Notes under the pieces: generated by a model
What the model was told of the DNA's origin: nothing
Database searches by the model: none
Seen by the model: the letters and a program-made list of their open reading frames with translations, nothing else
Shown here: positions 36,898-51,832 of the stretch, one piece after another
How the letters are laid out: each line of letters opens with the position of its first letter
How positions within the stretch are numbered: position 1 is the stretch's first letter
Position numbers and translations under genes: made by a program
NCBI RefSeq assembly: GCF_006345805.1
Contig: NC_043007.1
Span: 29,202,001-29,266,000 of the forward strand
From: Octopus sinensis
Lineage: Eukaryota
Length of the DNA stretch: 64,000 nucleotides
Direction: 5' to 3'

Positions 36898-39800
36898 TCT
36901 ATTCTACTGAATGTAGGAGGGCTGCTGCGCGGAAACTGTAAAAAGAAAATTTCATTCCTGAGAGACCTTGTGACATGCAATCAAGCTATATGCATGGCAC
37001 TCACAGAAACGCATCTTGAACCGATATAGGTGATGCAGAAATACACATGCCGCAATATGCAGTCATACGCACAGATAGAAAAGGGAGGAGCCATGGTGGA
37101 GTTGCAATGTACATCCGAGATGACCTCACGCCCCAGGTCCTGCTGTCATATTCAAACTCAGTATGTGAAACTCAAATTGTACACATAAGACAACTGAATA
37201 TCGTCATATGCACTACATATCGCCCACCAGACGCCCCAAAACACTCAGGCATGTTTGAAGACTGCCTAACAAAAGTAGGAGAAGTCCTCACCAACCTTGA
37301 ACAGCACAACAGTGTATTCTTCATGGGTGACTTTAACCTCCCCAATGTGGAATGGCCTGGGGGGCAGATGCTCCCAGGGATGACACACCATCAGCAGGCA
37401 CAGGTGGAGTCCCTGCTCCATCTCACAAATACCTCTTTCATGGAGCAAATAGTTCTGCAACCAACAAGGGCAGATAATATACTGGATCTCTGCTTCACAA
37501 ACAATATGGATATTATCCATAATGTTAATGTGATGCCGACAATGATCTCGGATCACAACATAATAGAGCTGTCTATGTATGGAACAAAAGCCCCAGCAGA
37601 CACACAGCCTATACGAAGCACCTACCATCTCTCCAACTTAAACTTTCATAAAGCCAACTGGAAGTCGATTGAGAAAGAGATCCTCAAACAGGATTGGCCT
37701 GAATGTCTCTCCACACCGGACATAAACATGAAACAAAACACTTCATGTCCATAATACAAGCCATATGTGACAAATATGTCCCAATGTGCAGGGCCAGCAC
37801 ACACAAGAACAAAAACAGGATCCCTAGAGAAAGGAGGATTCTTATGAGACGACGGACAAGGATTGCAAACCGCCTGAGCAAGCACACCAAAAGTGGTGAG
37901 AAGTCTCGGCTCGAAAGAATGCTAATGGAAACTGAGAAAAGTCTACATCAGTCCCATGAAAAGGAGAGAGCAGATAAAGAAGCTTGGGTAATAGAAAATA
38001 TAAAATCAAACCCTAAAGCTTTCTTTAAGTTTGCCAAAGAGACAGCCACAGTGCACCAGAGAATAGGACCTCTCTTCCAAAAGATGGCTCTCTCACAGGA
38101 AATCCCACGAGGATAAGTGAAATACTGAACGAACAGTCCAAAGTGTGTTCACTACACCTCTAGGACACAGGCAAGTAAACAACCCAGAAGAATTCTTTGC
38201 CACTTTACCAGCGGCCAAAGAGACAAAAATTGAGTACATCAACATCGAAGAAGATGATATCACACTAGCCATTGATGAGATTGACACAAACTCAGCTGCT
38301 GGACCTGATGGATTCCCAGCGATCCTTCTCAAATCGTGCAAACGAGCCCTTGCAAAAACGCTACAGCTTCTTTTTCAGAGCTTTCTTGCAAGTGGTAAGC
38401 TCCCAGTCAAACTGAAAGAGGGGGTAATATGCCCTATCCATAAGGGAGGTAGCAGAGCAGATGCTAAAAATTATAGGCCTATCTCTCTGACCTCACACAT
38501 CAGCAAAGTCATGGAACGAATAGTCCGTAAGAAACTAATCATGTTCCTTGAAGAAAATGACTTACTGTCTGACACCCAGCATGGATTTCGACCAGGTAGA
38601 GGCTGCCTAACACAGCTCCTGCAACACTATGACTGGGTGTTGAAACAGCTACTAAATGGCTCAAATGTGGATGTAATATATCTTGACTTTGCAAAAGCCT
38701 TTGATAAAGTCGACCATGGTATGATCTGTCACAAACTGCGTGGTCTCGGCATAGGCGGGAAACTTGGAGAGTGGCTGCACAACTTCCTAAAAGACAGAAA
38801 ACAGGCAGTTGTGAGCAATGGAGCCACCTCCAGGGAAACGCAAATAACAAGCGGTGTCCCACAGGGCACTGTCTTGGGGCCACTGATGTTCATAGTGGCC
38901 CTTTCAGACATGCCTTCAATTGCTACGATGACCACCCTTGCTAGCTATGCAGATGACACAAAAGTCTCCCACGCAATACAAAACCCTGAAAATATTGCGC
39001 ATCTGCAACATGAGCTGGACACAATATACAGGTGGGCTGAGGACAACAACATGCAGTTTAATGCAGGTAAGTTCCAGGCCCTGCGCTACTGGCACACAAA
39101 GGTAAATGACGTGAAGACTGGATACACTGGCCCAGGAAGAATTGCAATCCCTGAGTCAAAATCAGTGCGTGACCTGGGCATTGACATGAGCAATGATGCA
39201 TCTTCCAAATGCATATTGCTAATGGTGATAAAATGCAGACGGCTAGCTGGATGGATTCTCCGAACTTTCAGAACAAGAGAGAAGGAGACACTGATGGTCC
39301 TATGGAAAACATTTGTCCTCAGCCGCTTGGACTACTGCTCCCAACTTTGGTCACCACACAATATAAAACAAACAGCAGAACTCGAAGCAACTCAGAGAAG
39401 CTACAAAGAAAATCGTCTCAATGCAAAATGTCAGCTACTGGGAAAGACTGAAGGTATTAAACCTCTTCTCCCTGGAGCGGAGGGGAGAGATATGCAGTGA
39501 TATACATCTGGAAAATCCTGGAGGGTCTTGTCCCAAACTTTGGCATTCAAAGTTACTCCAACCGCAGAACGGGGCGCCGCTGCGTGGTGCCAAGGATTCC
39601 AACATCACCATCAAAATACAGGTCCAGATACTGCAACAGCTTGGGTTTCAGAGGACCACAGCTCTTTAACATCCTCCCTAAATGCCTGAGAGACTTACAT
39701 GGTGTGGATGTGGGTTTCTTTAAAACTAAACTGGATCTCTTCTTGTTGGGAGTCCCAGATGAACCTACCTCACGACAGGAGACACGGATGCGGGCAGCAG

Positions 39801-39930
39801 CATCGAACTCCCTTGTTGATCAAGTGCCACGTATCAGAGGTGGATTCACAAACTAGTGTAGCTCATTCAGCGGTGGTGCCCCAGCATGGCCGCGGCCTTC
39901 GGGCTAAAACATTTTTAAGGATTTAAGGAT
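36898..39930 (+). mobile_element. CR1/L2-group LINE with near-complete APE endonuclease + RT ORF2
   Basis: LNVGGL, LTETHL, GGVAMY, YRPPD, GDFN, LDLCF, SDHN (APE); GPDG, NYRPISLTS, QHGFRPGR, YLDFAKAFDKVDH, GVPQGTVLGP, YADD (RT); SRLDYCSQLWSP, YWERL C-terminus; several frameshifts; no ORF1; (AAGGATTT) tail. Confidence 0.93.
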
Positions 39931-40257
39931 ATATTATATATATATAATATATATAATATATATGTATATGTATTATATATATGTATGTATATATATATGT
40001 ATATATAATATATATATATATATATATCTTATTTATATATATAATATATGTATATGTATTCTATATATATATGTATATATATATGTATATATATATATAT
40101 ATATATATCTATATATTAGTATATATATTATATATATATATATGTATATGTATTATATATTATATATATATATATATATACATACATATATACATTATAT
40201 AATCATATATATATATAATACATACATATATATATATATAGAATATATATATATTAT

Positions 40258-40289
<32 letters not shown>

Positions 40290-40389
40290 AATATATATTA
40301 TATATATCTATATATATATTATTATATATATATATTATATATATATATTATATATTCTATTTATTATAATATATATTATATATATATAA

Positions 40390-40428
<39 letters not shown>

Positions 40429-42659
40429 CATACATATATACTATATATAATACATATATATATATAATACATTACATATATATTATATATATATATATAT
40501 TTATACTTGTAAAAGGATGTGTAGGTCCAGGAGTGGCTGTGTGGTAAAAGCTTGCTTCCTAACCACATGGTTTCAGGTTCAGTCCCACTGCGTGGCACCT
40601 TGCACAAGTGTCTTCTACTATAGCCTTGGGCCAACCAAAGCGTTGTGAGTAGATTTAATAGACGGAAACTGAAAGAAGCCCATAGTATATCTATCTATAT
40701 ATATATATAACAAATAATATATAAACATATGCATATATACATACCTACATCTATATGTATATATACATGCATATATGGGTACAGGACATAAAAAAAAAAC
40801 GTTGAACACAATGAGAAACGAAAACATAAAAACAAAACCATGGAAACGGACTTTTTTTCAAACAACGAAAGAACAGAGTACAAAACATACAGCACAAGGA
40901 ATATTCCCCTTCTTCAGTTGTCCCTTTTTTGTCTACTCCCCGTTTCAAAGGTAAGGACAAGACGTGACTTCGTTGAAACAGTCCTTCCCACAAGGCAAAT
41001 TAAATAAAATTTGGGATTTTTTTGCGGAGGGTAAAAGTGGTAACAAGAACAAAACAAATAATTCTTTGCCCATAAATTACTTTTTTAGTTTTCTGGTGAT
41101 TGATAAAACTGTTTTGGTCCCTAACCCCTCACCTACGCCAAACACATGTTGGCGCTGACCATGGTGCCTCACCCAGTCGATGCAAGAATGGAAAACAGAC
41201 ATTGACGATGATGATGATGTATTTATATAGAGGTATGTATGTACTTATATGAGGCAGAAATGTATTGTTGGGTGGATGTGTGTGTGTGTGTGTATGCATG
41301 CATGTATGTATGTATGTATGAATGCATGCATGCATGCATGTATGTATGTATGTGTTTGTATGTGTGTGTATGTATGTGTGTAGTAAATATCAGTTGTTAG
41401 TATATACACACACATACTCACGTGTATGTGTGTGGGTGGGGTGGGGGTGATGTTTACTTAACACCAAACAAATACTTTAATCCATTCCAACACACAACAA
41501 CAGCAATGATGTCATCTTTAGAATAACAAACAACATTCATTGTCAAGGTTGTGTGGAGTAGCATTAGTAGATATGGATTGGCGAGATTAGTGGGGTACCC
41601 AGGGTAGAGAGAGAGAGAGAGACAGAGGTGTGGTGTGGGTAAAACATGTGTAGCATGGTATAGGACACTGTGGTCTGCATTGTGTATATACTGGATGGTG
41701 TAGTGCTGTGTTTACATGTTGAGGTGAATGCAGAGCATAACGAGGGCAAACGGAGGGGGATGGGCTGAATGGGGTGATACGTTAATTAACACAGTAGAAC
41801 ATTTGCTTCAGATTTTGGCACCAGGCCAGCAATTTCTGGGGGAGGGGCAAAGTCTCAGTACGCAACTGGTATTTATTTTGTTGACTCCGAAAGGATGAGC
41901 GGATAATTCGATCTTGGCAGAATTTGAACTCTGAACGTAAAGATGGACAGGATGCTGCTAAGCATTTGGCTCAGCCTGGTTATGATTCTGCCGGTTCACT
42001 GAGTCTGATGAAGACAACAGTATGATGACATAAATATCAAGATTGCTTTATAAAGCAAATATTTTTGAAAATCGCCAGACTCCCTTGGCACCTGTGCCAG
42101 TGGCACATAAAAGGCACCCACTACACTCATGGAGTGGTTGGCGTTAGGAAGGGCATCCAGCTGTAGAAACACTGCCAGATTAGACTGGAGCCTGGTGCAG
42201 CCCCTGGCTTCCCAAACCCCGGTCGAACCATCCAACCCGTGCTAGCGTGGAAAACGGACGTTAAACGATGATGAAAATGTTTAAAGTATATTCAAAATTT
42301 CAAAGAATGGTTTTTAAAGATTCAGCCCACAATCATCACCGAATGGATGACGTGTAAAACTGCTCCTGGATAGGAATCTGTTGTAACATTGTAACTTTCC
42401 CTGATCATGTGTTTCCCCATTTCTGATTGTTAAATGATCTGGGCTTATGTACAATATGTTGTCCTGTCTATAATGTTAACATAGGAATATATTTCAGTTG
42501 ATGAGGCAGCAGGCTGGAAGAGTTGTTAGCACAAAGGGCAAAATGCTTAGCAGCATTTCAACTGTCTTCATGTTCTGAGTTCAAATTCTGCCAAGGTAGA
42601 CTTTACTTTTCATCCTTTCACAGTCAATAAAATAAGAACCAGTTGAGCTTTTGAGAGAA

Positions 42660-43100
42660 TCTCAGTCCCATGGGCTCTTAGCGCTTAGTCTTCCTGCACA
42701 TCTGCTACATACAAACACTGCTCTGTCTGTGATATCACTGCATCTCTTATCTGTCCACTGGGTGCAGCGAACGAATTTCTTTCAACTCCTTTCCTACATA
42801 TGGAGCAGGGCCATTTACCTGACGGAAAGAAAGTTTCATCTTCTTTCTTACTAACAACCACTTTTGTCTTAATTTTAAGGCCCAGGTTTTGTTTCCATAC
42901 CTGGAATTTCTTCTCCACTTCTGCTTCATAATCTGCAATAAGAGCAAGGTGACCAGCATATAGTAGTTCCCACGGGCACCCAGTTTTGAATTCCCCTGTT
43001 ATGGCCTGGAGGACTTTAATGAATGAGTGGGCTGAGTACTGAGCCCTGGTGAACCCCTACCTGAACGTTAAATTCATCACTGTATTCATAGCCGACTCCT
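42660..43100 (-). mobile_element. RTE-type LINE RT fragment (degraded)
   Basis: GVHQGSVLSP, AITGEFKTGCPWELLYA, GKWPCSICRKGV. Confidence 0.8.
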
Positions 43101-44409
43101 AACACCCCTCTCTCTACCTGTACTCACCCCCCCCCCTCATCGCCCACCCTCTTTTCACAATCTCACCTACCCACCCCATCTAATCCTTGAATTCACTTCA
43201 CTTACATATACCTCCCTGTAATTTGGCTGGATGGACCCCTACCCCCCATCACATCTTTACCATCTCCCCCCTCTCTCCATCTGAGGTAGCCATGTCTCCC
43301 TGCTACTGCGAAACACCTGATTCTGTCCCTCAATATTCCTCCTGAAGGGGACGTGTCTTGCAAGTTACTTGCTGACCTCATTGCTGTTGGGGCCAAGCAA
43401 AATGCACTCAGGACATTCTGTAAAGTGGTTGGCATTAAGAAGGGCTTCCAGCTGAAGAAACCATGACACAACAGACAATGGAACCTGGTGCAATCCTCTG
43501 GCCTGAAAGCTCCGGTAGAACTGTCCAGCCCGGAAACCGGATGTTATGTGGTGGTGATGATGATGATGATGATGAGGTTAATTGAATTCGTTTGACCCAT
43601 TTGTCCACAACCCACACTATCAGAGGTGATGACTACATCTAAAATTCTTCACAGTTTACCATCTTTGCATAAACCTGGGACCTCCTCAAAGTCAGACCAC
43701 CCCTTTCCTGCCCACATACCCACCACCCAACAAGACACCAGCATTGTTAGGTTCCTCTCTCCAATATACTTACCTTCTGTTTGTCCATCAGGTGATAAAG
43801 AAACACTTAACATGTCTGTCTGTTTGTCAGAGAAAGTCAACAAACTCTGCTGGTTAATCTCCCTCTCTCTCCCCCTCTCTTGCCACACACACAACACATC
43901 GTTGTCTTACTCTCTTTCCCTCTCTCTCTCTTAGTAACAGATTCTCTTTCTTTTCCCTTTACTTCCTCTGACTTATTCTTTACTCTATCTCTTGCATACA
44001 CACACATAACCAAGTATGCACGCACCCTCAGACACACACACGCACACATTCAATGCTGTCCCTGACCCAGCAAAAGTCACAATAAACCCAGTCTCATTGA
44101 GTTGTTAAACTTGTAAACAGAAGCATGATCTGTAATAAATTATAAACAAGAATTTTGTAATTCTCCATGGGTACAAGTTTGTATGTGTGTGTGTGTGTAA
44201 GTTTGCATGTGTTTGTGTGTGTGTATGAATGTGTGTGTCTGTATAACATTCACTTGTTTACATCCTTTTTTCACATGCTGGCATGGGTTAGACAAACACT
44301 ATCACAGAAGGGGCAGCTTACAGCTTGGATGCCCTTTCTGTCACTCATCTTTACATGTTTTGCAAGAAGTCTTCAAAAGCACAGCAGCACATTTTTTCAT
44401 GTTGGATTA

Positions 44410-46190
44410 GGTGATGAAAGTTACAGAGAGGGTCACAGCCCAACTAATTAGGGAGAGAGTTAGTCTAGATGAGATGCAGTTTGGTTTTGTGCCAGGGAGA
44501 AGCACCACTGATGCTATAGATCTGGTAAGGTAACTTCAGGAAAAATACCTCTGTACTTGGCTTTTGTTGACTAGGAGAAAGCTTTTGAGAGGGTCACCGG
44601 ATCCCTTATCTGGTGGTCAATGCAGAAACTAGGGATAGATGAGTGGTTGATGAGAGCTGTACAAGCCTTGTATGGGGATGCTACCAGTAAGGTGAGGGTG
44701 GGCAATGAGTACAGTGAAGAATTCAGAGTACAAGCAAGGGTTCACCAAGGATCGGTGCTCAGCCCCTTCTTGTTCATCATAGTCCTCCAGGCAATAACAG
44801 AGGAATCCAAGATAGGCTTCCCCTAGGAGCTCTTCTATGCTGATGACCTTGCTCTTATAGCTGAATCACTACCTAGACTAGAGAAGAAGTTCCAGGTATG
44901 GAAGTAAGGTCTAGAATCAAAGAGCCTTAGAGTTAACCTAGCAAAAACCAAAGTCATAGTAAGTAGGAAGGCAGACAAATCACAAATCCCTTCAGGTAGA
45001 TGGCCCTGCTCAGTCTGTTGAAAAGGTGTAGGTAGAAACTCCATAAGATGCACCCAGTGTAAGCTTTGGACACATAAAAAGTGCAGCAACATCAGAGGAA
45101 GGTTAACAAGGAAACTAGCTTTTGTATGTGGAAGATGCACAGGTACAATAAATGCTGAAAATGTGCAGAAAATAGACTCCATCAACTGCAAGAGGAGCAA
45201 GCTGGAGGTAGTAGATAGCTTTCGTTATCTAGGTGACCAAGTTAGTAGGGGAGGTGGATACTCCAAGAGCGTGGCTGTGAGAATAAGATTAAGCTGGGCA
45301 AAGTTCAGAGAGCTCCTATCCCTGCTGGCAATAAAGGGCCTCTCTCTCAGAGTGAAAGGCAGATTGTATGATGCCTGTGTGTGAACAGCTATGCTACATG
45401 GCAGTGAAACATGGGCTGTGACAGCTGAGGACATGTGCAGGCTTGAGAGAAATGAAGCCAGTATGCTTTGCTGGATGTGCAATGTCAGTGTGCATGTTCA
45501 ACAGTGTAAACATCTTGAGAGAAAAATTAAGCATAAGAGGAATCAGATGTGGTGTGCAAGAGAGTTGACTGCACTGGTATGGTCATGTGATGTGTATGGA
45601 TGGGAACAGCTGTTTAAAGAAATGCTTATCTCTAACTGTGGAGGGAACCTGTGGTAGAGGTAGACCCAGGAAGACATGAGATGAGGCAGTAAAGCATGAC
45701 CTTCGAACTTTGAGCCTCAAAGAGGCAATGACTGGTGACTGAGACTTTTGACAATATGCTCTGCTTGAGAAGACCCGTCAAGCCAAGTGCATCCATGCTG
45801 GTGGCACATAAAGAACACTTTTCAAGCATTGGGCTTCACAGATGCAAAGTGGTTGAGTTCCTTTTGAGTATTGGGCCTCACGAAGGCAATGACTGAGAAC
45901 TTTGCCATTATGTTGTGCCTGAGAAGAAGACCCATCAAGCTGAGCAAAATCACAGTTGTGGTAGGTACTGGTGTCACGCAAATTGGCACCCATGCTGGTG
46001 GCACATGAAAGCACCCTGGTGTCATGCAAATGGCACGTAAAAGCACCCATTACACTCTCAGAGTGGTTGGCATCCAGCTGTAGAAAACCATGCCAAATCA
46101 GACTGGATCCTGGCGCAGCCTTCCAGCCTGGTCAAACTGTTCAGCCTATGCTACCATGGACAATGGACATTAAATGATGATGATGATGAT
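44410..46190 (+). mobile_element. RTE-type LINE 3' half with 3'UTR (degraded)
   Basis: QFGFVPGRSTTDA, VHQGSVLSP, FYADDL, PHD-like cysteines, YLGDQVS, GRGRPRKT, then RTE tail and (GAT)n. Confidence 0.9.
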
Positions 46191-46529
46191 ATATAGTTTC
46201 CTTTCTGTGTTAATCCAAGAGTTTACCTTTTAAGGCTCATAAAATACCTTAACGTACATTTGAAAGAAAGCAGTTATCATTCTTGTTGCTTGATCCGCAT
46301 GAAATAGAGACCAAAATTCCCTTAAATTACTCATTGAATAATGGTGTCCTAGATACACTTTGTCTGAATAAAAGATTAGAAGGTTACAACAGAAATATCT
46401 TTGATTATCGGTTTGCTGGATGAGAACTGACTTGGGGCAAGACAACACACACACACATTATCTTTAAAAGGAGAACATCCTTTGCACTTCATCAACTACT
46501 ACTACTACTACTACTGCTGCTACTACTAT

Positions 46530-46568
<39 letters not shown>

Positions 46569-47799
46569 CGCTGCAGCTGTTGTTGCTGTATTGAATTGTA
46601 CAAGAACCTGTTATACTTGTCAATACTACAGCTGCACTATAACACTGTCAAGATATGAGAGAGAGATAGAAGGGGGAGGGGGGGGAGAACAAAAGTGGGT
46701 GATGTAAATGTTATTGCTATGGTGATCAGAAGCAATAAGTAGCTATTGTTACACCTGAAGCAACAAATAATTAGTATTGTTTTACCTGGAATGGTTTATT
46801 TTGGGACATCCGTGCACATTGAGCAAAGTTCAGTCTTTATATACATGTGTGTGTGTGCACGCACGCATGTGTGGTGGTTTGGGATGTACAGGACCTACCT
46901 ATTGCCGGTTCTTCTTGCTATCACCACCATCAATGTACCTTCCAGCCTGGCCCACCTCACAAACTACTATCGACCAGTTGTACCTTGTACACTCCACCTT
47001 CCTCCTCCCTCTCTGTGTGTCACTCCCCCCCTCCATTTCCTGCCCTCCTTTTCTGTCACACACCCTGGGTCCTTGTCATTAGCTCCATCTTCTAGATCAT
47101 GTTGCCTTCAATATAGAGCATGTCTAAGAATACTGACCACCCTTACCCCTTACCTGCACTTCCATCACTCATCACACCTCATCGTCACTCATCACTACCA
47201 TTCATGCTTCTATGTTCCACCACTCATCACTCATCACTCTGAATATAGAGAGGCTGGCAAGCGAGCAGTCATTTGGCAAAGTGTAAAGGGTTGGGAGGAC
47301 CCAAGGGTCTTGTTTAGAACAAGATACTCTTTCGTGCTGGTACCAAAAGTACCCAGGACCCATGTAAAGGTTCACCATTCCATAGCAAAACCGTTCTTCT
47401 ACACTTTGATAATTTTTGATATCTTGGCATCTGAAGCAGCTGGAGATACGATAGTTTGACCAAAAGAACCCTGTTATGGCAAGCAAAAATAAATATTGAA
47501 AAAAAACCCCCATTTGGCCAAATTTGGACATACAACAGTTTAACATAATAGCAATGATATGAATTCATTGGCACATATTTGGGTGTCTCTCTATAAACAC
47601 CCAAGATTGAAAGGACCCCCAAAATAACAAACAATTGAGTTCTAAAACTAAATATAACCAATTTGACAGAAACCACTCAAATAATTTCAACAAAGCTGCA
47701 ACTGTCATTCCACAAAACTTATTTACAATTGCTTCCTTTCCACCTGTTTAATTAGCCATCCAGGTGAACTTCCTCAACACATAAAAAAAAAAGGAATTT

Positions 47800-48780
47800 A
47801 TAAAAGGATTAAAATTTATTTTTGAGAGTAAATACCCTTATATACAATGACAACATCCTTTGACAAAAATCTAGGACTGCATTGAGCATGAAATCAGCCC
47901 CTACCCCTCTGCAAATCTAATTATTGACTATCCAGAGATTGCAATATATGAAAAAAAAACCACTCTGTGAAGAAGGAAACACTTTCTTCAAATATAAACA
48001 AGAAGATTGGAAAAGGTGCCTCGATGATTACTTCTTTCTGTGGAATGGAAATATAGAGAAATTAAAAGTATTTGAAACACTCCTTAACAGCATTAGTAAA
48101 AATATACAATTCATTAAATAGCCATAACCAACTCCCATTTCTAGACAACATCCGAATATAGAGAGACCAACAATGAAATGGAGATGGACATTTACAATGA
48201 ACCAATGGGTGCCACACAATATCTTCCTTTTAATCTATGCCTGCAGGGGCAGACCAGAATGAAAGTCCCTAAAAACCCAGCTAAAAAGATTTGCACAAAT
48301 GTATCTAATCCAAACATCTAGGACAGAAGACTGCAAGAACGGAAAGATGTTCTGCTTGACAGGAATTAGTCATTATCCTGCAGCAAACCAAGATATTCAG
48401 CATCCAGGGATTAAGGCAAACAAAACAAAGAAATAAATAATCCAGGGATTAAGGCAAACAAAACAAAGAAATAAATTGAAATTGTCAAACCTGCCTTATA
48501 CTTTCAGCTGCAACCCCCAAAACAATGAGGCTGACAACACCATATTCCAAAACACTGTGTTACTGAAAAAGGACCCCAGGTGGAACCAAATCCTCCAAAC
48601 CCAGAGCATCAGAAAGGGCAAAAGACAACCGAAATTAATGAAAACACTAACAAAGATCAAACTTTATGCAACAGAGTAAACAGTACCCCCCCACCCCGCC
48701 CCAAAAAACCTGATTGTAGTCTGTCTGACAGAAGGATTAGGGGTCCATTTTAAACAAGGGTAATTCTTCAAAATAAAAAA
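47800..48780 (+). mobile_element. Penelope-like element RT fragment (degraded)
   Basis: WKRCLDDYFFLWNGNIEKLKVFETLLNSISKNIQF, LPFLD, RKGKRQPKL; includes a 38-bp tandem duplication at 48402-48476. Confidence 0.75.
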
Positions 48781-51580
48781 AAAATAACTTCAACTACTAC
48801 TACTACTATTATTAGTTAGGCTGACAAAACGTCTGCTGCAGCCACCAACATTCCTTCTGCTGCTGCTGCTGCTGCTGTTAACTGCAACTCTTGTTGCAGC
48901 AAAGTCAAAAGCAAATGAGACATCAGCACAATGTAACGGTTGTAAGGAAAAAAACGAACTCCTAAAATTGATATCGTGGAAAATTTATTTAATTCATTAG
49001 ATTTCAATTTATTTTTCCTTTTCCATCATGACTAAATCCTCTTTTTAAAGTGTTTGAAACCAGCAGCAGATGTTGATAAAGATCTAAACGCTATCCGTGA
49101 TAAAGGTGTCAAATCAGTTTCTTCTTTTCACCTTTTAATACACACACACACATATATATATAATATAGAGGATTCATTAGAATCTAGGCATACCAAAAAG
49201 TAGGGGTCAGGGATGGCTGGGAACCCTAACACTGAAGGTGAGACAGGCATTAGGACATACCTCAAACACTCAGCCTTCTATGATGAGGTGTCAGGCATTC
49301 ACTGCCTCAACATATCTTTTATTTGCTTCAGTCATTGGACTCTGGCCATGCTGGGGCAACACCTTGAAGAATTTCAGACAAAAAACTGATTCTAGTGCTT
49401 ATTTTTTTAAAGTCTGGTACTAATCCTCTTCTGCTGAATCTCAAAGGTATGGGGACATAAACAAACCAACACCAGATGTCAAGCAGTAGGGAGACAGACA
49501 CAAACACAAATGAAATAGGCTTCCATACAGTTTCCATTTATCAAATCCACTCATAAAGCTTCAGTCAGCATAGAATCTAGAAGACACTTGCCCAAGGTAC
49601 CCTGCAGCAAGATTGAACCTGAAACCATTTGGTTGGGGAGCAGGGAAGCAAGCTTCTAACCACATAGCTATGCTTGTGCTTATATATATATATACATATA
49701 TGCACACACACCCACACACGTGTGTTTGTATGCATCACTGTTAAATTGCTGGCTGTGTTGGTCAAGGTCACTAATAAAAGGCACCTGAGTCATTTCTGAT
49801 TCAGACATTTCCACACCCCCACCCCATCACCCCCGTCCCTTCTATCTCTCCAACCCCTCTTCCCCCCTTCTCTTTCTCCCAATTCCTTTAATGTCACACT
49901 GTGTCTGCTTCTCAAGTGCTTTCCCCAACCCATGTTTTAATGAGACTCATTACCAGCAGACACAGGTGAAATTTAACGGTTTAGACTGTCACTTGTAGCT
50001 TCATGTAATTATAGGATGGCACCCTAACACTTGTGGCTGTGTTCTGTTATCCACCACCACCAGTTTTCAGTACATTAAGCCAATAATCCTTGCTATATTT
50101 GAAGGCAAGTGTTCAACTTCCCTCCTCCCCTGTTATTCTAGATGTTACCCTCCCCCCTCACACACTCAGCCGTCCTCTCTCTTTCCCATCCCTAGTAATT
50201 CCACTTGCACAACTAAATTTTCAAAGTTCATGCAAGACCCACATCTGAACTCCTCTGCCTTGACATCGAGGCCAGCACTGCCCACGATGCCCATCCAAAT
50301 ATCCAAGGGGCCCCAGCGAATAAATACTGCTGTTCCGTCTGTGTTTATGATGTTGCTGCAACACACAAACACATCCAGACATCTTAAAATACTGCAGCCA
50401 TACAGGCTCCTACAATGGAGACCAAAATACTTTAATAAAGACAGACAAATAGGGATACATTGGTATATGTGTCTGTGTGTCATCATCATCCAGTCTTTTA
50501 AATCTGGGTTTTGTCCCCATTAATAGGGTTGGCCGAATCTACCTCAATGCCATAGCAACCGAGGTAGGCAGGTACAGCCCACCCCGACCTTTGGACTGGC
50601 TGGTGCCCATTCTCCTTTGCTATCAAAAGGTTCTTTTGGAGCTGGATTTTCAATGGGGATCATGCCCTTGCTTACCCCCAACCTCAGTTTCTAGACATGA
50701 GTGGTTCCAAAACCAAGGCCTCTACCACGATTTTTAAGAAATGTGGTGGAAAACTAGCTCAGGAAGGCAGGGACGCTACTCCCTGAGACCCCTTTTGGAG
50801 CCCCCCTACCTAACTCTTGTGTAACTATTATACAGAAATACCCCCCCCCCCACCACGACTATGATGATGATGATTGTCATGATTGTTTTCCTCCATGCTG
50901 GCACAAGTTGGACTGTTGCCCTTCTGAACACAATCCAAACCTGACCTTCCAGTAGACTCTGTACTTCTCACACCACAGTCTAACAATGCTCATCTTCAAC
51001 TGAGACAGTTTATCTTCAGTTGTGAATTAAACTTCAAGAGTTCAGGTTGAATTCCAGTTTGCCAGTTATGGCAAGCGTCCTCCATCCACCAATGTTATAT
51101 GAATGGAATTTGGAAGAAGGAACTGTGCAGAAGCTCTCTGGAAGAATTGCTTACCACTTTTAGATTTAGCCCCAGCATCTGGTCTTTTAGAAATGTCTGT
51201 CTGGCCCTTTAGTATTGAGGCTAGATCTGTCTAGGGATAACCTGTCCCCCATTCCTCCTCCTCTCACAGACCCTGAACAAGATGACTGACGCTAATTCTT
51301 CCCTTGATTCAGCCATCGATAAACAGTTTCCATCATCCAAAAGATTTGGCTGAGGCTGTGGCAGAAGACACCTGATACGTAGTGATGTGGTGGCATTGAG
51401 CTCAGGACCTTGTAATTATGAAGCAAACATCCTCACTAATTCTTGGCCAGGCTGGAGACCTGTAAGAACAGTAGCAATATTTGAGGAATGGATGAGGAGC
51501 AAAACCGTTTGGAATGAAACAAAACAAACAACATAAATCCTTTGAATTTTTATTAAACTTTCAAAATATTTTCTCAAGGA

Positions 51581-51581
<1 letters not shown>

Positions 51582-51625
<44 letters not shown>

Positions 51626-51678
51626 TCATGCATCAAGAAACGTTCACACACACACACACACAAATCATGCATCAAGGA

Positions 51679-51713
<35 letters not shown>

Positions 51714-51832
51714 TCATGCATCAAGGACCACACACACACACACACAAATCATGCATCAAGGACCACACACACACACACACACACACACAAATCATGCATC
51801 AAGAAACGTTCACACACACACACACACACACC
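51582..51832. repeat. Compound minisatellite (CA)n + AATCATGCATCAAG, 5 units
   Basis: Five copies of aaatcatgcatcaag followed by gacc or aaacgtt, separated by variable CA tracts. Confidence 0.9.

Noticed and set aside
36695-36910. Tyr/Ile-rich ORFs here and at 39962-40634, 21541-21878
   Set aside because: Translations of (TA)n and (CA)n microsatellites
46746-47459. 237-aa ORF
   Set aside because: Non-ATG start, low-complexity composition, no recognisable motif or splice structure
51582-51832. Repeat-spacer pattern resembling a CRISPR array
   Set aside because: Spacers are only (CA)n, context is eukaryotic, no cas genes; it is a minisatellite
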